From assembly GCF_009914755.1 (NCBI RefSeq), contig NC_060939.1: a stretch of 64,000 nucleotides of DNA. The stretch is one strand, 5' to 3'. The notes beneath the pieces are model-generated. The model searched no databases and was not told the origin of the DNA. It saw nothing but the letters and a program-made list of their open reading frames with translations. Positions 40,190 to 55,094 of the stretch are shown here, piece after piece. The stretch comes from the human T2T-CHM13v2.0 reference genome, Homo sapiens. The translations under genes were made by a program, and so were the position numbers. Within the stretch, counting starts at the first letter, position 1. Every line of letters begins with the position of its first letter.

Positions 40190-40680
40190 TTTTTTTTAAA
40201 TTGTAGCAATGTACTTGTGAGATTTACCATTTTGACCCTTTTTAAGTGTATAGTTCAGTGGCATTAAGTGCATCCACACTGTTGTGCAACTGGCACCACC
40301 ATCTATCTCGAGGATTTTTTTCATCTTCCCAAGCTGGGATTCCATGCCCATTAAATACTAACTTTCCCTGTATCCTTACCCCCTGGTCACCACAGTTCCA
40401 CTTTCTGTCTCTATGATTTTGATTACTCCTGGTACCTCATCTAAGTAGAATCATACAGTATTTGTCTTTTTGCCACTGGCTTATTTCACTTAGCATAGTG
40501 TCTTCAAGGTTTATCCATGTTGTAGCATGTGTCAGAATTTCCTTCCTTTTTAATATTGGGTAATATTCCATTGTATGTATAAATAATATTTTGTTTATCC
40601 ATTCATCTGTCAATGGACATTTGGGTTGCTTCCACCTTTTGGCTATTGTGGATAATGCTGCTATGAACGTGGGTATATGG
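40190..40680 (-). mobile_element. L1MB-type 3' fragment
   Basis: TTTAAGTGTATAGTTCAGTGGCATTAAGT...GGACATTTGGGTTGCTTCCACCTTTTGGCTATTGTG. Confidence 0.88.
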
Positions 40681-41144
40681 ACTTTTTTGAAAAAAAGTTG
40701 TGATTAAACATGTACATGTATATTGTAGAAAAATTAAATATATAGGCAAGTAGAAAGCACCCTCCCTTCCCAATAGAGATATCCACTGTGTATATTTTGG
40801 CTTCTTTCCCTCTAACTATATTTTTGCCTATACTTGTGAAATGAGCTCATTCTATACATATTCTTATGGAAACTGAGCCATTGGTAAAGAAATGTTTGAA
40901 ATAGATCAAGTGATTTGGTAGTTTCCTTCCTTGAGCCCCAGGGTGGTGGGTGCCTGTGCTGTACCAGGCTGGCCTGGTACTGTGAAGGTAAGGCTGGCCT
41001 TATCTCCTCTATGGCTCCTGTATGATCAGGACAGTGTTCCCCATTGGAAGTAGGGGAAATGGGCTGTGAGAAGCCCAAGGTCATCTGGCTCTTTCTGCCC
41101 CAAATGCTGACTCCTAACTGGCCTCTCCTTTCCCTCTCTTCTAG

Positions 41145-41231
41145 GCAAATGTTTGCAGACTACGGCTGACCGTACCTCCTGAGAGTCCAGTTCCTGAGCA
41201 ATGTGAAAAGAAGATTGAGAGAAAAGAGCAG
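41145..41231 (+). CDS. MYZAP: MYZAP/GCOM1 coding exon 2 (29 aa, ANVCRLRLTVPPESPVPEQCEKKIERKEQ)
   Basis: Branch-like CCTAAC at 41113-41118, long pyrimidine tract, TAG acceptor ending 41144; donor CAG|GTAAGG; 87 nt, phase 0/0. Confidence 0.96.
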
Positions 41232-42779
41232 GTAAGGTATCTCCGAGGCAAAGCCCCAACAAGTTCCAGCCTCTATACCCTTAACCCACTCTCCCATCTC
41301 CTAACCAGGCCATTCCCAGAGGCTGGGTGTCTGCAACTCTGTTGAGGAGAAGGCCCTCTCAACCTTCCCACCTCATCTCCCGTCTTCCCAGAAGACAGAG
41401 AGCTCTCCCTAGCCGGCTCTGCCACCGACGTGCCCTGCTCTTGTTTCTTGGTGAACACTATGGCTTTGTGTTACCTTGAAGCTGCAGGGACACTGGTCTT
41501 AGTGACAGGTGCTGTGGCGGGGAACGTGGGTTTTCCTGAAACAGCCCAATCCAGTTGCTTCAAAGGGCCTATTGTGAGCAGCTGGCGGGGCTGGAACCTT
41601 TCTCAGCAGCTTGGAGCAGCAGCCGGGGGCTCTGCTCCCGCAGAAGAGAGGAAAGGCTGGCAGGCAGGCTGGTGCAGGGAAAGGGCACTTTCTTGGCTGG
41701 AGGTAGGAGGCATTCGGCAAACATTTTTGTGCCAGCTCCTGTGCTAAGTGCTGAGGCCGTGAAGATAAGTATGTCCTTGCCTTGGGGGAATTTGCAGTTT
41801 TCTGGGTGAGACGATGATGTGATATTTCAGGTGTTAAGATCCAGCCCTATATGACGGAATCTGGGAACACAGAGAAGGGAATAACTGACTGCTTGGGAGG
41901 TGACAGTGAAGTTGGAGGCTTGAAGGATAAAGAGGAGGTCCTGCTGACCTCTAGGCCTGTGGTCCTGGCCGACCCATTTTACTCATTCATAATTATGGGG
42001 CACCTACTGTATTCCAGGCACTGTTGTATACAGTGGGAATATAGTAGGGAACAAAGCAGTAAACCAAATCTGTCATCCATGGAACTTATATTCTAGTGGG
42101 ACAAGAATGGAAGTAAACAAAATAATTAAGTACATTTTATAGAGGTTAGGAGGTGGTAAGTGCTGATGGAGACAAAGTAAAAGAAGGGGTAGGGGTGCCA
42201 GGAAGTAGGCAGTACTTTTTCTTGAGCATGTATTTTATATGATTATAAAGTAAAACAAAATAAAATGATATAAATTTCATAAATGGAGTCATAACATAGT
42301 GACCTCTTGAAATACAAGCTTGCTTTAGAGTTAACCACTAATGTGGTCAACTATAAAAAAGAAAGCTTCTCATCGATGGCTAAGTGTTTGATAATGTCCC
42401 TAAGTTTACCATAGGTCTCTGTCTCTCCTTGCCCTCTCCTCCCCACTTTCTACCAAGGACAGAGAGCTGCCTGTGCTGATGCAAATGATGAATGCCAGGG
42501 AAAGGAAGTAGGGAGAAAAGCAAATGAAGTTCTGACTAGAGAAAGGTGAGGAGTAAAATTGCTGATCTGCCTAAAAAGAGTGGATGAGTTCCACTAAAAA
42601 GATCCAGAAAAACAGCTAGTTCTGGGTTGCAGAAGGGAAAAGATGAGGGGGATATGGGACCTCTGGAAAATAAGGTTTCACTCAGAGATGAATGGGGTCC
42701 TAGTAAAGGACCTAGCAGCCAGTTTGAATGGGCTTTCACTGGCCAAAATGGGAACAGCTGGAGCATCAAAAAGAATAAT

Positions 42780-43790
42780 GACAGTCATGGCTTATAACAC
42801 ATCGAATATTAAAAAAAATCCATACGTTTGTAGTGATAATTGGAGAAGGGGAGTAGAGGCACGAGATCAGAGGATAAAATAGGGAAGGCTCCCTTTTTTT
42901 TATAGAACACTAGCTAATAAGTTTAGAAAATCTTTGTTTTGTAACCTCCAGGTATACTCATCAATAGATGCAAAAATAAGTTGGTGAAAGATTATTGTAG
43001 GATATTCTCAAAGTATCACCCCAGCGGATTACTGATTCTAAAGGGACAGTACCTTCACAGTGGAGTAGGCAGGCAGCCAGCATTTCAACCAAGTGATCCA
43101 ACCTAACTTCACCAATAGTGGAACGAGCTGATGTTACATGACTTCTGAGGTGATTCACCTAAGAGGTGCACATCACATATGTAATATTCATGCCAAACTT
43201 GTTTAACTGAATCTAATAATAAGGAAACAGAAAACCAAAATGTGGGACATTCTGCAAAACAATTGGCCTGAATCCTTCAATAAATTCAATGTTATTTTTA
43301 AAAAAGATGAGAATTTGTTGCAGATAAGAGACTAAAGAGACATAACATTAAATGTAATGAGTGAACCTGGATTAGATGGTGGCAAAAAAAATTATATAAA
43401 AGATAGAGCACATGGACGCAGGAAGGGGAACGTCACACTCTGGGGGACTATTGTGGGATGGGGGGAGGGGGGAGGGATAGCATTAGGAGATATACCTAAT
43501 GCTAAATGACGAATTAATGGGTGCAGCGCACCAGCATGGCACATGTATACATATGTAACTAACCTGCACATTGTGCACATGTACCCTAAAACTTAAAGTA
43601 TAATAATAATAATAAAATAAAATAAAAGATATACTGGGATGACTATACAATTTTGTATATGAACTATATATTACATATTATTGAATAAATGTTAATTTTC
43701 TTGTGATGATGGTACTATGGTTATGTAGTTGAGTGGCTCTTTCAGCTTCTCTGTAGCTTTGAACATTCTCCACAGACAAAGTTTGGGAGT
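42780..43790 (+). mobile_element. Old L1M (L1MC/ME-type) 3' remnant hosting a young L1PA fragment
   Basis: CAACCAAGTGATC...AACCAAAATGTGGGACATTCTGCAAAACAATTGGCCTG...AAGAGACTAAAGAGACATAAC motifs. Confidence 0.65.
43406..43621 (+). mobile_element. Young L1PA (about L1PA2-4) 3' end, heavily 5'-truncated
   Basis: GGGGGAGGGGGGAGGGATAGCATTAGGAGATATACCTAATGCTAAATGAC...TACCCTAAAACTTAAAGTATAAT; TSD ATAAAAGATA at 43396-43405 and 43622-43631. Confidence 0.93.
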
Positions 43791-46116
43791 AAAAGTCCTA
43801 AGCAGAGAGTGGAAGTGGTCAGGCTTCAGCTGCTACACCCCTGCTGATGAGCAGGATTGAGTGGGGCCATCTGTCACTAGGGAGTGTCCCCTTCTGTCCT
43901 CACTGCTCCTCTCCCTGCCTGTCCCTTTTAGAGCTAATGGCTTGGTCCAAGACATGGGTCTGGGCTGTGTCCAGGTGCTCAGAGCTGCTTAGAACACTTT
44001 TTGAAGAAGTGGCCTAAGCTGGAGTGAGGGACAGGACAAGGGCCTGGTGGCAGTACCTGTTGGTACAGACGGTAGAGGAATTGGGGAATATAGTCTTTTG
44101 GAGTTAGACCCAAGCTTCATGCCTTGGGAGATGTTCGTGAAAGGTTTCTGAGTGCCAAAACTGGGGTGGTAGGGGCTGGAGGACCCTGGAGGGTCTGTAA
44201 CCACTGAAGAAGAATCAAGTAATCCCAAGGAAGGAGCCTCGTGTGTTTAGCTGTGTCGACTGGAGTCAACAAATTGTGTGTCAGTTTGCCTATTTGGCTT
44301 GAATAGTGCTTTTCAAACTTGTCAATAGGACCCTCTTTTTTAAAAAAAAATCAGAATGTTTTACTGAGCCCTCATATGCAAACCAAGCAAAAGTGGTACT
44401 AACGGGGGCCCAAGTCCTCCCAGTCTCCCTTTACCCCTCAGCCCCCAGACACCCTCCTGTGGTTGCTTGAGAACTCCAAGGCCCTGAGGAGCACAGGACA
44501 GGCACTGCTGGGATAGCATATGCACCAGGATACTTCTTACACCAGGTGGACCAGGCGTGCAGTCTAAGTGCCTATGTGTGGCACATTGGTGACTCACTGC
44601 AGAAGAACTGGGGTAGAGGGGAGGAGGGTGGGGCTGTTGTTTCCCTAGGGATGAAGTCCTTGGGTGGTGGCAGCCCTTGAAGTTTCTAGGGGTAACTGGG
44701 AGGCTGCTCTGAGTGATTTCGTCACCATGTCCTGGCCAGGTTCCTGGCATGAGTCACTGAGGGCCAGGGCCATGCACTGTCGGGGAGACTCTGTAGGGGC
44801 CACTTCCTTGGATGTGATTTCAACATGGCTTCCCCTCCTTGGAACCCATGGAATTGCAAGAGGCCAAAACTCTGGATGACCCTCCCTGGTCACGTAACTT
44901 TGGTTCCTTTGAAGGGGCTTCTTCTGTGTGCAAAGGCCAGGGGATTGGAGCTGGCTCAGATATGTGAGTATAAAGTTGTAAATGGCCCGATTGACTTCTG
45001 TTGCAGTGAGACTTCTCAAGGATTTCCAGGGCCCTGTTAGAGCCGCACATGATGAGGGCAGCCTGGGCCTTCCTTAGTCTTTCACACTGTTCTGGGAGGT
45101 GTTTAATATTGCGGGGATGCCACGATGCCATGGGACAGCTGGCCATGCATAGAGGCTGCTGCCAGTTGGGCCATTCTTCCGTTTGCTGTTCTCCAGTTAT
45201 TGGAGAAAGGAATTGCTCCCAATGTGGGTGTGTTGTGGATGGCGTATTTTGCCCATTTCCACAAAGGTGTGTTTGGAGGCTGCTGGATGCAATTACAACA
45301 GAGTCAGCACCTTCTTATGGAGTCAAGGGTTTGTGGGGTGTATTTGGAGGTTTCCTATCCCTAAGGCAGATGCCCTGGCTGCCTGTTCCTTTTAGTCCTT
45401 CAGGAGACATCAACTGCCCCGACACTGCTTTATGCTGACCACAGATGAGCTCCCAAATGCACAGCTTCCTCATCTTTAAAGTAGACACAACAATGCCTGG
45501 TTTCAAATTGTAAATAAGCTAATATATGCAAAATGCCCACCACAGTGTCCGGTTTATAATATGGATTAAAGAGGTAATGACTAAACACTGAATCTCTTCC
45601 CTTTGAATGCCAAAGCCAGTGGCCCTGGGTCTTTGTTTTTACCCCCTTAGACCTTCTGGAGTTATTCTCCTGCCTGAAGCTGCCTGTCTTTATTTTCCAA
45701 ACACATAGCATCTCTTCCTTCCTCATAACCCTTGCTGAGGCCCTAGCCATGCTTGGAGTCCCTTCACTGCCATGTCTCAGTTTATCTAAGTCTTCCCTGT
45801 CCTTGAAGGCTCAGCTAAAGGCCCACTTCCTTTCTGATAACTTCCCAGACTTCTATGTGCTGGGGTGGTCACTCTTCCCTTAACCTACAGGACACCCAGG
45901 CTGCCCCTTTCACTTGGCACCTAGCCACGTGCTGCTAAGAACTCCACATAGGTATAGATATATATTTTTGCAAAATTTGTATATAACATGTATGTAGGCA
46001 CATACACACACACAGAGAAATGAGGTTGAGTCTTTTTATTCTCTCTTCCCAAAGCCTAGGTGGCTGCCTTGCACATAGTAGGTGCTTAATGAATGCTTAT
46101 TGATTATGATGATTGA

Positions 46117-46509
46117 GTTTTATATTAGCTTCCTAGGGCTGCCACAGCAAAGCATGAAAAACGAGATGGCTTCAATAACCGAAAGTATTCTGTCACGGTT
46201 CTGGAGTTCATATGTCTGGGATCAAGGTGCTGGTGGTGCCTCCTCTGAAGGCTCCAGGGGGAGAATTTTTCTTTGCCGCTTCCAGCTGCTGGTAGCTCTT
46301 GGTAATCCTTGCCTTGTGGCAGCATCGCTCTGATTTTCACATGGCATTTTCATGTGTCTGTGTCCAGATTTTCCCCTTTTTATAGGGACACCAATAGGGC
46401 CCAGTCTGATGGCTTTCTCTTAACTTGACCTGCTCTCCATATAATTCCTAGGTACTGGAGGTTAGGACTCCAGCATATCTTTTTGGGGGACACTCTTCAA
46501 CCCATAACA
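46117..46509 (-). mobile_element. MLT1-family MaLR solo LTR
   Basis: TTCCTAGGGCTGCC...TCACGGTTCTGGAG...TTTTGGGGGACACTCTTCAACCCATAACA. Confidence 0.85.
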
Positions 46510-48612
46510 GGTTCTTTGAGGAAATCACCTTGAATTATAGTAACAACTCAGATGAATTAGCTGTGGGCTTTTATTTGAATATTGAACATTAAAAATCATT
46601 AATAATATGGGAGGGAGGATGCTGATTAGTTTGTGGGCACAAATTACATGTTGAGAAATTGATAAATGTAGAATATAATGTTTATAAACAGGCTGAACAT
46701 TCAAATTAAAATTGGTAATAGTTTTGAAATTAAGTACCTGTTGTTTTCAAAGAACTCTCTGAATTTATGTATCCATATTCTTATCCATAGTCATGTGCAA
46801 CAGATTCCTATGTGTATATGCAGGGACACACACACACAGACAGAACCCACACCAGCTATTGCAGACTTAGCATATTGAATCAGGGCCTCACTGCACAGTT
46901 GAATTTTAGGGAATCTGATCTGAGTTGATTCTGCGTCTTTATGATGGTAAAGTCCTTTGCAAATAGATAAAATAGCTTGAGGCAGATACCGTTTTAAATA
47001 GCTATTAACATCCCAGCTTTGGAGGTGTCCTTCAGTGACCTGTTGTTTTTAAAGAAGCTGTTTTCTCTCTAGATCTTTGAGAATGCTGAGTGAGAGAGAG
47101 AGCAGATGCGTGGGTATGGATGTAGAGTTGGGAACTTTCATAACCCAATAAAATGTTGAAAAGGAGGAAGTCCTTGCCAGTAGGTTTTATAGTCCTCTTT
47201 CCTTTAAAAGCCTTGGATGAATAAGCCTGCTGAGTTCTCGTCCTTGGCGTGACTGTTTATACAACCTCGCGGGCTGTTGCCAAGTGAGCGAGTGTGCTGC
47301 CATGATTCAGAGCTTCAGGTGGGGGCCGGGCTGCCCTTTGTGACAGCACACCAGGGACTCTGCGTGCCCCTCAGAGATAACAGCCCCTGGAGGATGGGGA
47401 GAGACCTAGAGTTTGAGTCCCGGCTTCCTCATGAACCCCTGTGGTGGTTGGGCCAGTCAGGTCATCTCTAGGGGTCTTTGCTGCTTCTTCTAGCAAATAG
47501 AAATGTTAGTCTAGAGCCAGTGTTTTTCCAAACATTCCTTTATTCACGTTGATAAATGTGGAAGTTCTATTGGTAAAGCAGTCAAGGTGCAGCGGGTGGA
47601 GCTGAAATAAGATCAGGGCTATGTTGGCTGCCTCCATCAGGCCCACAACTCTTCACCCTACAACCTTGTCAGACACGGAGGAGGAGCTGGGAATAGTGTC
47701 TGAAAACCCACTGGACTATACAACTCTTTTCCATTTTTCTAACCTTCTGAGACTTTGTGATTCACTACCCATGAAGAGAAACCAAGGCCACTTTGGGGGT
47801 GAATATTTCGCTGTCAGAGCCACTTTGACAACTGTAATGAGAACAGCAAAAAGACCAAGAAGAAGGTGGACGGACAGACAGACTCATTCAGATAGACATG
47901 TAGAGTTGAGTAGGAACCCATATACTCAAAAATGTAAAGAAACCACACCACCAATACTAGAAACTCCCAGTATCTACTAGTATGCTATTAGCACACTAGG
48001 TGTTTTGTGTGTTTTATTCTGTGTATTCTTTAGACTGCCCACTGAAATTGGTGGTATGATCCCCATTTTAGTGTTAAGGACCCTGAAGCTCTTTAAAGTA
48101 CAGAAAATAACTTTCTTAGGGGCACACAGCTAGTAGATAGTGGATTTGCAATTCCAACTCAGGTCTGTGACGGGCCATGTTGCCATGGGAACATTGACTT
48201 GCGTGCCTTCTCCTATCAGAGAAACTCTGTTTAGGATATTTACATTTTATCAGTCAAGGTTACCGAAGGTGTGTACTATACCCCTGGGTTCCAGAAAAGC
48301 AGTTCCTGATTTTTTTTTCTCCCGTGTATTCTTCCCTTTTCCGCGGGGGTTATTAGGCCTAAGCAACTATTGTCTGCGTTGAAGCTGTGTACTAGCTGCA
48401 CACTAGTCTGCATGGAAGCTGTGCACTAGCGGTACGCTAGCACTCCTATCAGGCTGCTATCATTACAAATGCCACTCTCTTTGGGACTTCTGCTTGGCTA
48501 GAAGCTTTCCTTTTCCTTCTCATCTTAAGCTTTGAAAATGATCTTTTCTCCTGAGTTTACTTAGGAAATGGGCACTATTCAGTCTGTGAGACTGTCAGAA
48601 ATAACTAAATTA

Positions 48613-48784
48613 GTTTTATTTTTTAGAAACAGGGTCTCACTATGTCATCCAGGCTGGAAAGCAGTGGCTATTCCCAGGTGCAATCATAGCACACGATTGC
48701 CTTGAACACCTGGGCTCAAGTATTCCTCCTGTCTCAGCCTCTCAAGTAGCTGGGACTACAGGCATACACCACTGCGCCTGGCCA
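48613..48784 (-). mobile_element. FAM (fossil Alu monomer)
   Basis: Monomer that keeps the 7SL-derived CAGTGGCTATTCCCAGGTGCAATCATAGCAC segment absent from dimeric Alus. Confidence 0.85.
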
Positions 48785-49760
48785 AGTATTTTGATAAGCC
48801 AGAGGTTTCAGTTTTTCTGAGAATATTTATTTCCCAGGCTGTGGAAAGGCCCTTTGGGCTCAGAGGTAATGTTCATTTTTGTCCAAGAAAGCAAAACAGT
48901 GTTAAGTATGAGTAATGACCTGGGCCAAATAATTTGCTGAGATAGATACACAGGTTGTACAAGCCAGAGCACATTCCCGAAGTGCCAGCCTCTGCCTGCA
49001 AGATGGGCAGGGAACCCCGTGGCTCTGTGCTCAGCAGTCCCAGGTTAGCTGCTGCCCTCTGGCTGGAGAAAAGAGGTCTGAAGTAAGAAGTTTTGGAAAT
49101 AACTTGGCTTCCAGTCTGGAAGTCACACGAGTCACATTATGGCCCTTCTCAACCATATTGGCAGCCAGGATGTGTGACCAGCTGCCCCTCCTGGCTGGTG
49201 GGGCGGGGGACTGGCTGTGTTAGTCTGCTATTGTCAGTTTGATGCATGTTGAGCTGCATTTCTGCTCTTATTTCCCCTAAGAATGCTGATTGACCAAGGG
49301 ATTTTCTTTTTTTGCACAGATTAATCCTCAGTGTCAAGGATGACTGTATACTCCAAATATTCCATCTTTCTTTTTCCCTTCAAAATGTATTTATGGAGCA
49401 TCTATTTATGCTGGGTACCAGAGATAGAGCAGTGAATAAGGCAGATGTTGTCCCTGGCTTTTTGGAGCTTGTTGCATTGTAGGATCCTATCTTCTCATTT
49501 AAGATTTGGACAATATCATTGGCCTTGTTAACGCAGACTCTTCAATGGCCAGTAAATCCCTTAGGAGAGGAATTTAGGCTGAGTTAGTTTTCTGTAGCTG
49601 TTCTTTCTTTCTAAGGCACTGGCTGCCAGATGTATCTTTAGGGAGGTCAGCCATAGTATGGGGCCTGTAGGTAGAATTTATGCTGTGAGTACTCACAGGA
49701 AACAGCTTAATCCAGAGATTCTGCGTATGTGTTGGGAGTATGGAATGCCCTTTCAGTTAA

Positions 49761-50167
<407 letters not shown>

Positions 50168-50239
50168 TAATAGAGTACATTTTTTAAAATTTGTTTTTTT
50201 AGTACCAAGTAGCATTATAAAGAGGCTTTTGATTTTTAA

Positions 50240-50549
50240 TTTAAATTTAATTTAATTTAATTTTCTTGAGATAGGGTCTTTCTCTGTCGCCCAGGCTGGA
50301 GTATAGTAGTATGATCACAGCTTACTGTAGCCTCAACCTCCTGGGCTCAAGCAATCTTCCCACCTTAGCCTCCCAAGAAGCTGGGACTACAGGCACACAC
50401 CACCACATCAAGCTAATTTTTGCATTTTTTGCAGAGATGGATTTTCACCATGTTGCCCAGGCTGGTCTCAAATGCTTGGACTCAAGCAATCTGCCTGCCT
50501 TGGCCTCCCAAAGTGCTGGGATTATAAGCATGAGACACCGTGCCTGGCC
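50240..50549 (-). mobile_element. AluJ SINE
   Basis: Antisense dimer, CCTGGGCTCAAGCAATC, (TTTAA)n tail. Confidence 0.93.
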
Positions 50550-53116
50550 ATAAGGAGGTTTTAAAAAACTTAATTTTGGAGAGTTTCAAACATACAAAAT
50601 GAGACTGGATCATGTAATGAGTCATTGGTCCTCTCTCCAGCACCAGCAACCTCAATACATGGCCAATCCTGCCTCATCTACATCCACGCTGTATAAGGAA
50701 ATAAATATACATCATCTGTATCTCAGCATGTTTCTCTAAAAGAGACTGTTTCTTAATATCATCATAATGCTCTTCTGCCTAAAAATCAATACTTTTCTTA
50801 TTGGGAGGTATTTTAAAGGATACAAGAGGAGAGAAATTTAGCCACAAACATCTTGCTCAACATATCAGCTTTTTTCTTTTTTTCCCCGTGTTCAGTTTTT
50901 GACCAAAAGCATACTGATATTTTATAAAAATGATAGCCATCTATGCTCCTAGCAGCTTTTCTGGGTATACATGTTGTGACCGGGGTAAACATTAACTGTC
51001 TGTTCCTCCATCTAAGAAGAATAACAGGTATTCACTTCATTTGGACCATATTTATGTACCCTGAGTAATTCCCAGACCTCTCCCAACTTCTAAAGTTCCC
51101 TATTCATTCAGCAAATATTTATTGAGAGACTCATTGCACATCAGTCACTGTTAGATCTGGGAATTACGGTGGAAAAGAAGACAAAGTAGGCCCTGGACTT
51201 GCTGCAATTTACAGTTGATAGGGAAGCAGGGCTTCCCCACACAAGGATACTGACATACACCAACAGTCGCTGGGCTGCAGCTGTGGTGAGTGTCGTGGGG
51301 AAGTGCTGTGAGAGTGGACCGAGAAGACCTCAGGGGTCTGAAGGGTCAGGGAAGGCGTTCTTGATTCTTGAGGAAGTGACATTTCAGCCCAGCAGTGCAG
51401 ATCGAGGGAACAGCATGTGTGACTACCTTGAAACAAGAAGGAGGCTGGCTCCTAAAGGAACAGAAGGGAGGCAGTGAGGCAGGTGTGGGGTTGGGGATGG
51501 GCAGGGGAAGTGGAAAGAGCCCCCCATCCTGGGCCTGCCTCTTCCAAATGGCCCTGGGACCTGAGAGCAGGCTCTTGGGTTCCTACGGCTGGAGACCCTG
51601 GGATGCTACATGGAGACGTGAGTTCCAGTTGTTCTCCTGACTGTAGCATTGTAGTGAAAAAAGAACTCCAATTTGGAAAGACATAGGCAGGCACTTGCAG
51701 GCTGTTACCCTGGAAGAAGAGAAGTCATACTATTTACACAGTAGGGTCATTGTGAGGATTAAAGAAAATATATATTTTATTATATATTATATGTAATAAA
51801 ATCACCTGACAACAAATTTCTTCCCCCTCCTCTTTCTTCAGTAACTTTCTTCTTCACTTTTCCTGTCAGGGACCATCAGCTCCTTGGGCTGCCTCAGGAG
51901 TCCTCTCCCCTGGTGTGGCTGGTGCTGATGGCCCTGCTCCCCAGCGGGTAGAGTCCTGGGGCCGTGCCCTTCCTGGGGGCGTTTTATTTAGACCCTGACA
52001 TTTACACAGATGTTCAATTCAAACATAATGCTTTTTTCTTTTTGCCAAAAAACATTCAAAGTCTACAAAAGAACATAAAGGAAAAAGTGAAATCTCATTT
52101 TCCTGAGGAAACTGTCGTTAGAGAGCTGGATTGCATCCTTCTAGATGTTTTACATACACAAACACACAGTCTTCAAACAAAAAATGAAAATTTGAAATTT
52201 ATGATTTTTCACTCAGTGTATCTTGATCTCTTTCTGTGTGTACAACTTTGAGACTTGGGCCACTCGGGAGTGTTCCACAGACTTCATTGTTCCTGGCATT
52301 GCTTGTGTTTTCCCTGCTCCGTGGCGGCTTCATCTCCCTGCTTGGGCCAGGGGCAGGATCCTCTGTGTCCGGCCACCTGAGTTTTCCTGCAAGCCAGTCC
52401 ACCTCTGAAAGCCTTTGCTTTGCAGAAATGCATTTCACCAAAGCCTTGTGTGGTCATTGGCTTGTTTTTTAGGAACTGGGTGGAGTCTGTGACTGAAAGA
52501 TCTTGCTTTTGTTTCCTGGTATTTGGGGAGTTTCATTAGAGCTTTTCCTCTTCCTGGTTATATGTCCAGTAAATTGGGGATAAGTTAATGCCAGCTCTTG
52601 ACTCTGCTGCAAGCCATTTAACAGCTCAGTTACCCAAACTTAAGCACAAATGTAAGGATAGCATCAGTGCCTTTGGGGCCCAGCTGTAAGGGACTCAGGG
52701 GGAAGCATTTACCAGAAACAAGTACAAGGAATCACAGCTCCTTGCATCCCATCTCTTCCCAAGTGTGGGAAGAAGGGCAAGAAGCAATGGTTGTAGTATT
52801 TTCTTACTTTTTAAAAAGATTACATTGAAACGAAGCAAAACAAAACAAAACAAAAAACAAGCAATATAGAAAGGTATAAAGAAAAAGGCAAAAGTCATCC
52901 TGATCTCTAGCGCCCCTACCCCATCCATGGTTCCTTCCTTAGAGACCTGTAAGTTTAATCATCATCACATAGTTTTCTAGACCTTTCTTTGATTTTGCAA
53001 ACTTTGAATGAATGGGATCATAAAGTACTTAAAGTACATAAAGAACTTACTGTTCTGCCACAATGAATGATTTTCAAATGCAAATTAAAGTTTTGTGTGT
53101 TAAAAAATGCTTTGTG

Positions 53117-53866
<750 letters not shown>

Positions 53867-53989
53867 TCAGCCCTAGGGAAAACTGAGAGAAGGCCAGTTT
53901 GTCTGAAGTCTCAGTCCTTGATCTTGGATTTTTTCTTACTTCTGTCCCTTCCATGTTGTGGAGGCACCTACTCTGTCCCCCTGCATCTA

Positions 53990-54215
53990 AACATAGCCTG
54001 CAGTATGGGGAGGTGCTTAATGTCAGACAGAATCACAGAGCCAGGCTTGAATGTAGGTGTGTGTCCATAAGCAAGTTGCCTAACGTCTCTGAACTTCAGT
54101 TTTCTCAGCTATGAAGTGGAAAGGACAGAAAGGACAATTGCTGTGTCATAGAGTGGTTGTGAACATTAAATGTGATTAGGAATATTTCTAGCCTATAGTA
54201 GGTTTTCAACAAATC
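53990..54215 (+). mobile_element. MIR SINE
   Basis: GCAAGTTGCCTAACGTCTCTGAACTTCAGTTTTCTCA core. Confidence 0.75.
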
Positions 54216-54938
54216 TTAATTTCCCCCTTTCCTGCTTGTTAAGCCTTCATTCTATAAAGGCGTGTTAAGGCTTGGACATGTTACTGTTTCTCAAGGGTAT
54301 TTGCATTTCAACAATGACCAAAACTTTAACTGAAGGAATTAAGAACCAGCCAACAGGACTGGGAGGATCCTTTTGGGCTGAAGTCACACCACTTCTTCCT
54401 GGCTTTTCAGAAATATTTCATGAATGGTCACAACAGGTTATGTACTAACACTACCCCCTTTTCTTAGAACTTGGCCCCAGGACCAGCCCTACCCTCAGAG
54501 GACAGTTTGGCTGCTAGATGACTGCCAGCCTCAACCTTGTGCATTGTATTTAGTGATGAGGTTGAAGTCATATGGAGAAGCTGGGATAAGGGGAAAGACA
54601 GCATTATTAAGAGCATGAGGTTTCAAATGCTTGCTCTTCTTACTAGGACAACGCAAGTCCGTCTGGTATCTTTGTGGGAATTACTCTTAGGTGAGTGGAC
54701 AGGCCCTTATACACATTAGCAAACGGTGCTCTTCCTCCGGGGTAAAAGCAGCCCAAGCCTATGCCAAATCACCTTGGTGAACAGAGACTAGATGGGATTT
54801 TTGCTCCCTCCATCTCCACTGCCAGGCAATGAGTGCTGGGCACAATTTGCATAATCATACACAGTGGGCCCATTATTACAACTGTGCATGAGGCCTAAAG
54901 AGTCATTATTCTTTTTTTCTTTTCCTACTTTCTTTTAG

Positions 54939-55094
54939 CTTCTTGACCTGAGCAATGGAGAACCTACCAGGAAACTTCCTCAGGGTGTTGTTTATGGTGT
55001 GGTGCGAAGATCAGATCAAAATCAGCAGAAAGAAATGGTGGTGTATGGGTGGTCCACCAGTCAGCTGAAAGAAGAGATGAACTACATCAAAGAT
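54939..55094 (+). CDS. MYZAP: MYZAP/GCOM1 coding exon 3 (52 aa, LLDLSNGEPTRKLPQGVVYGVVRRSDQNQQKEMVVYGWSTSQLKEEMNYIKD)
   Basis: T-rich tract plus TAG acceptor ending 54938; donor GAT|GTGAGC; 156 nt, phase 0/0; overlaps ORF 54999..55271. Confidence 0.96.

Noticed and set aside
49030-49046. CTCF-like motif GCTGCCCTCTGGCTGG
   Set aside because: One extra base disrupts the core spacing; cannot be supported without ChIP data
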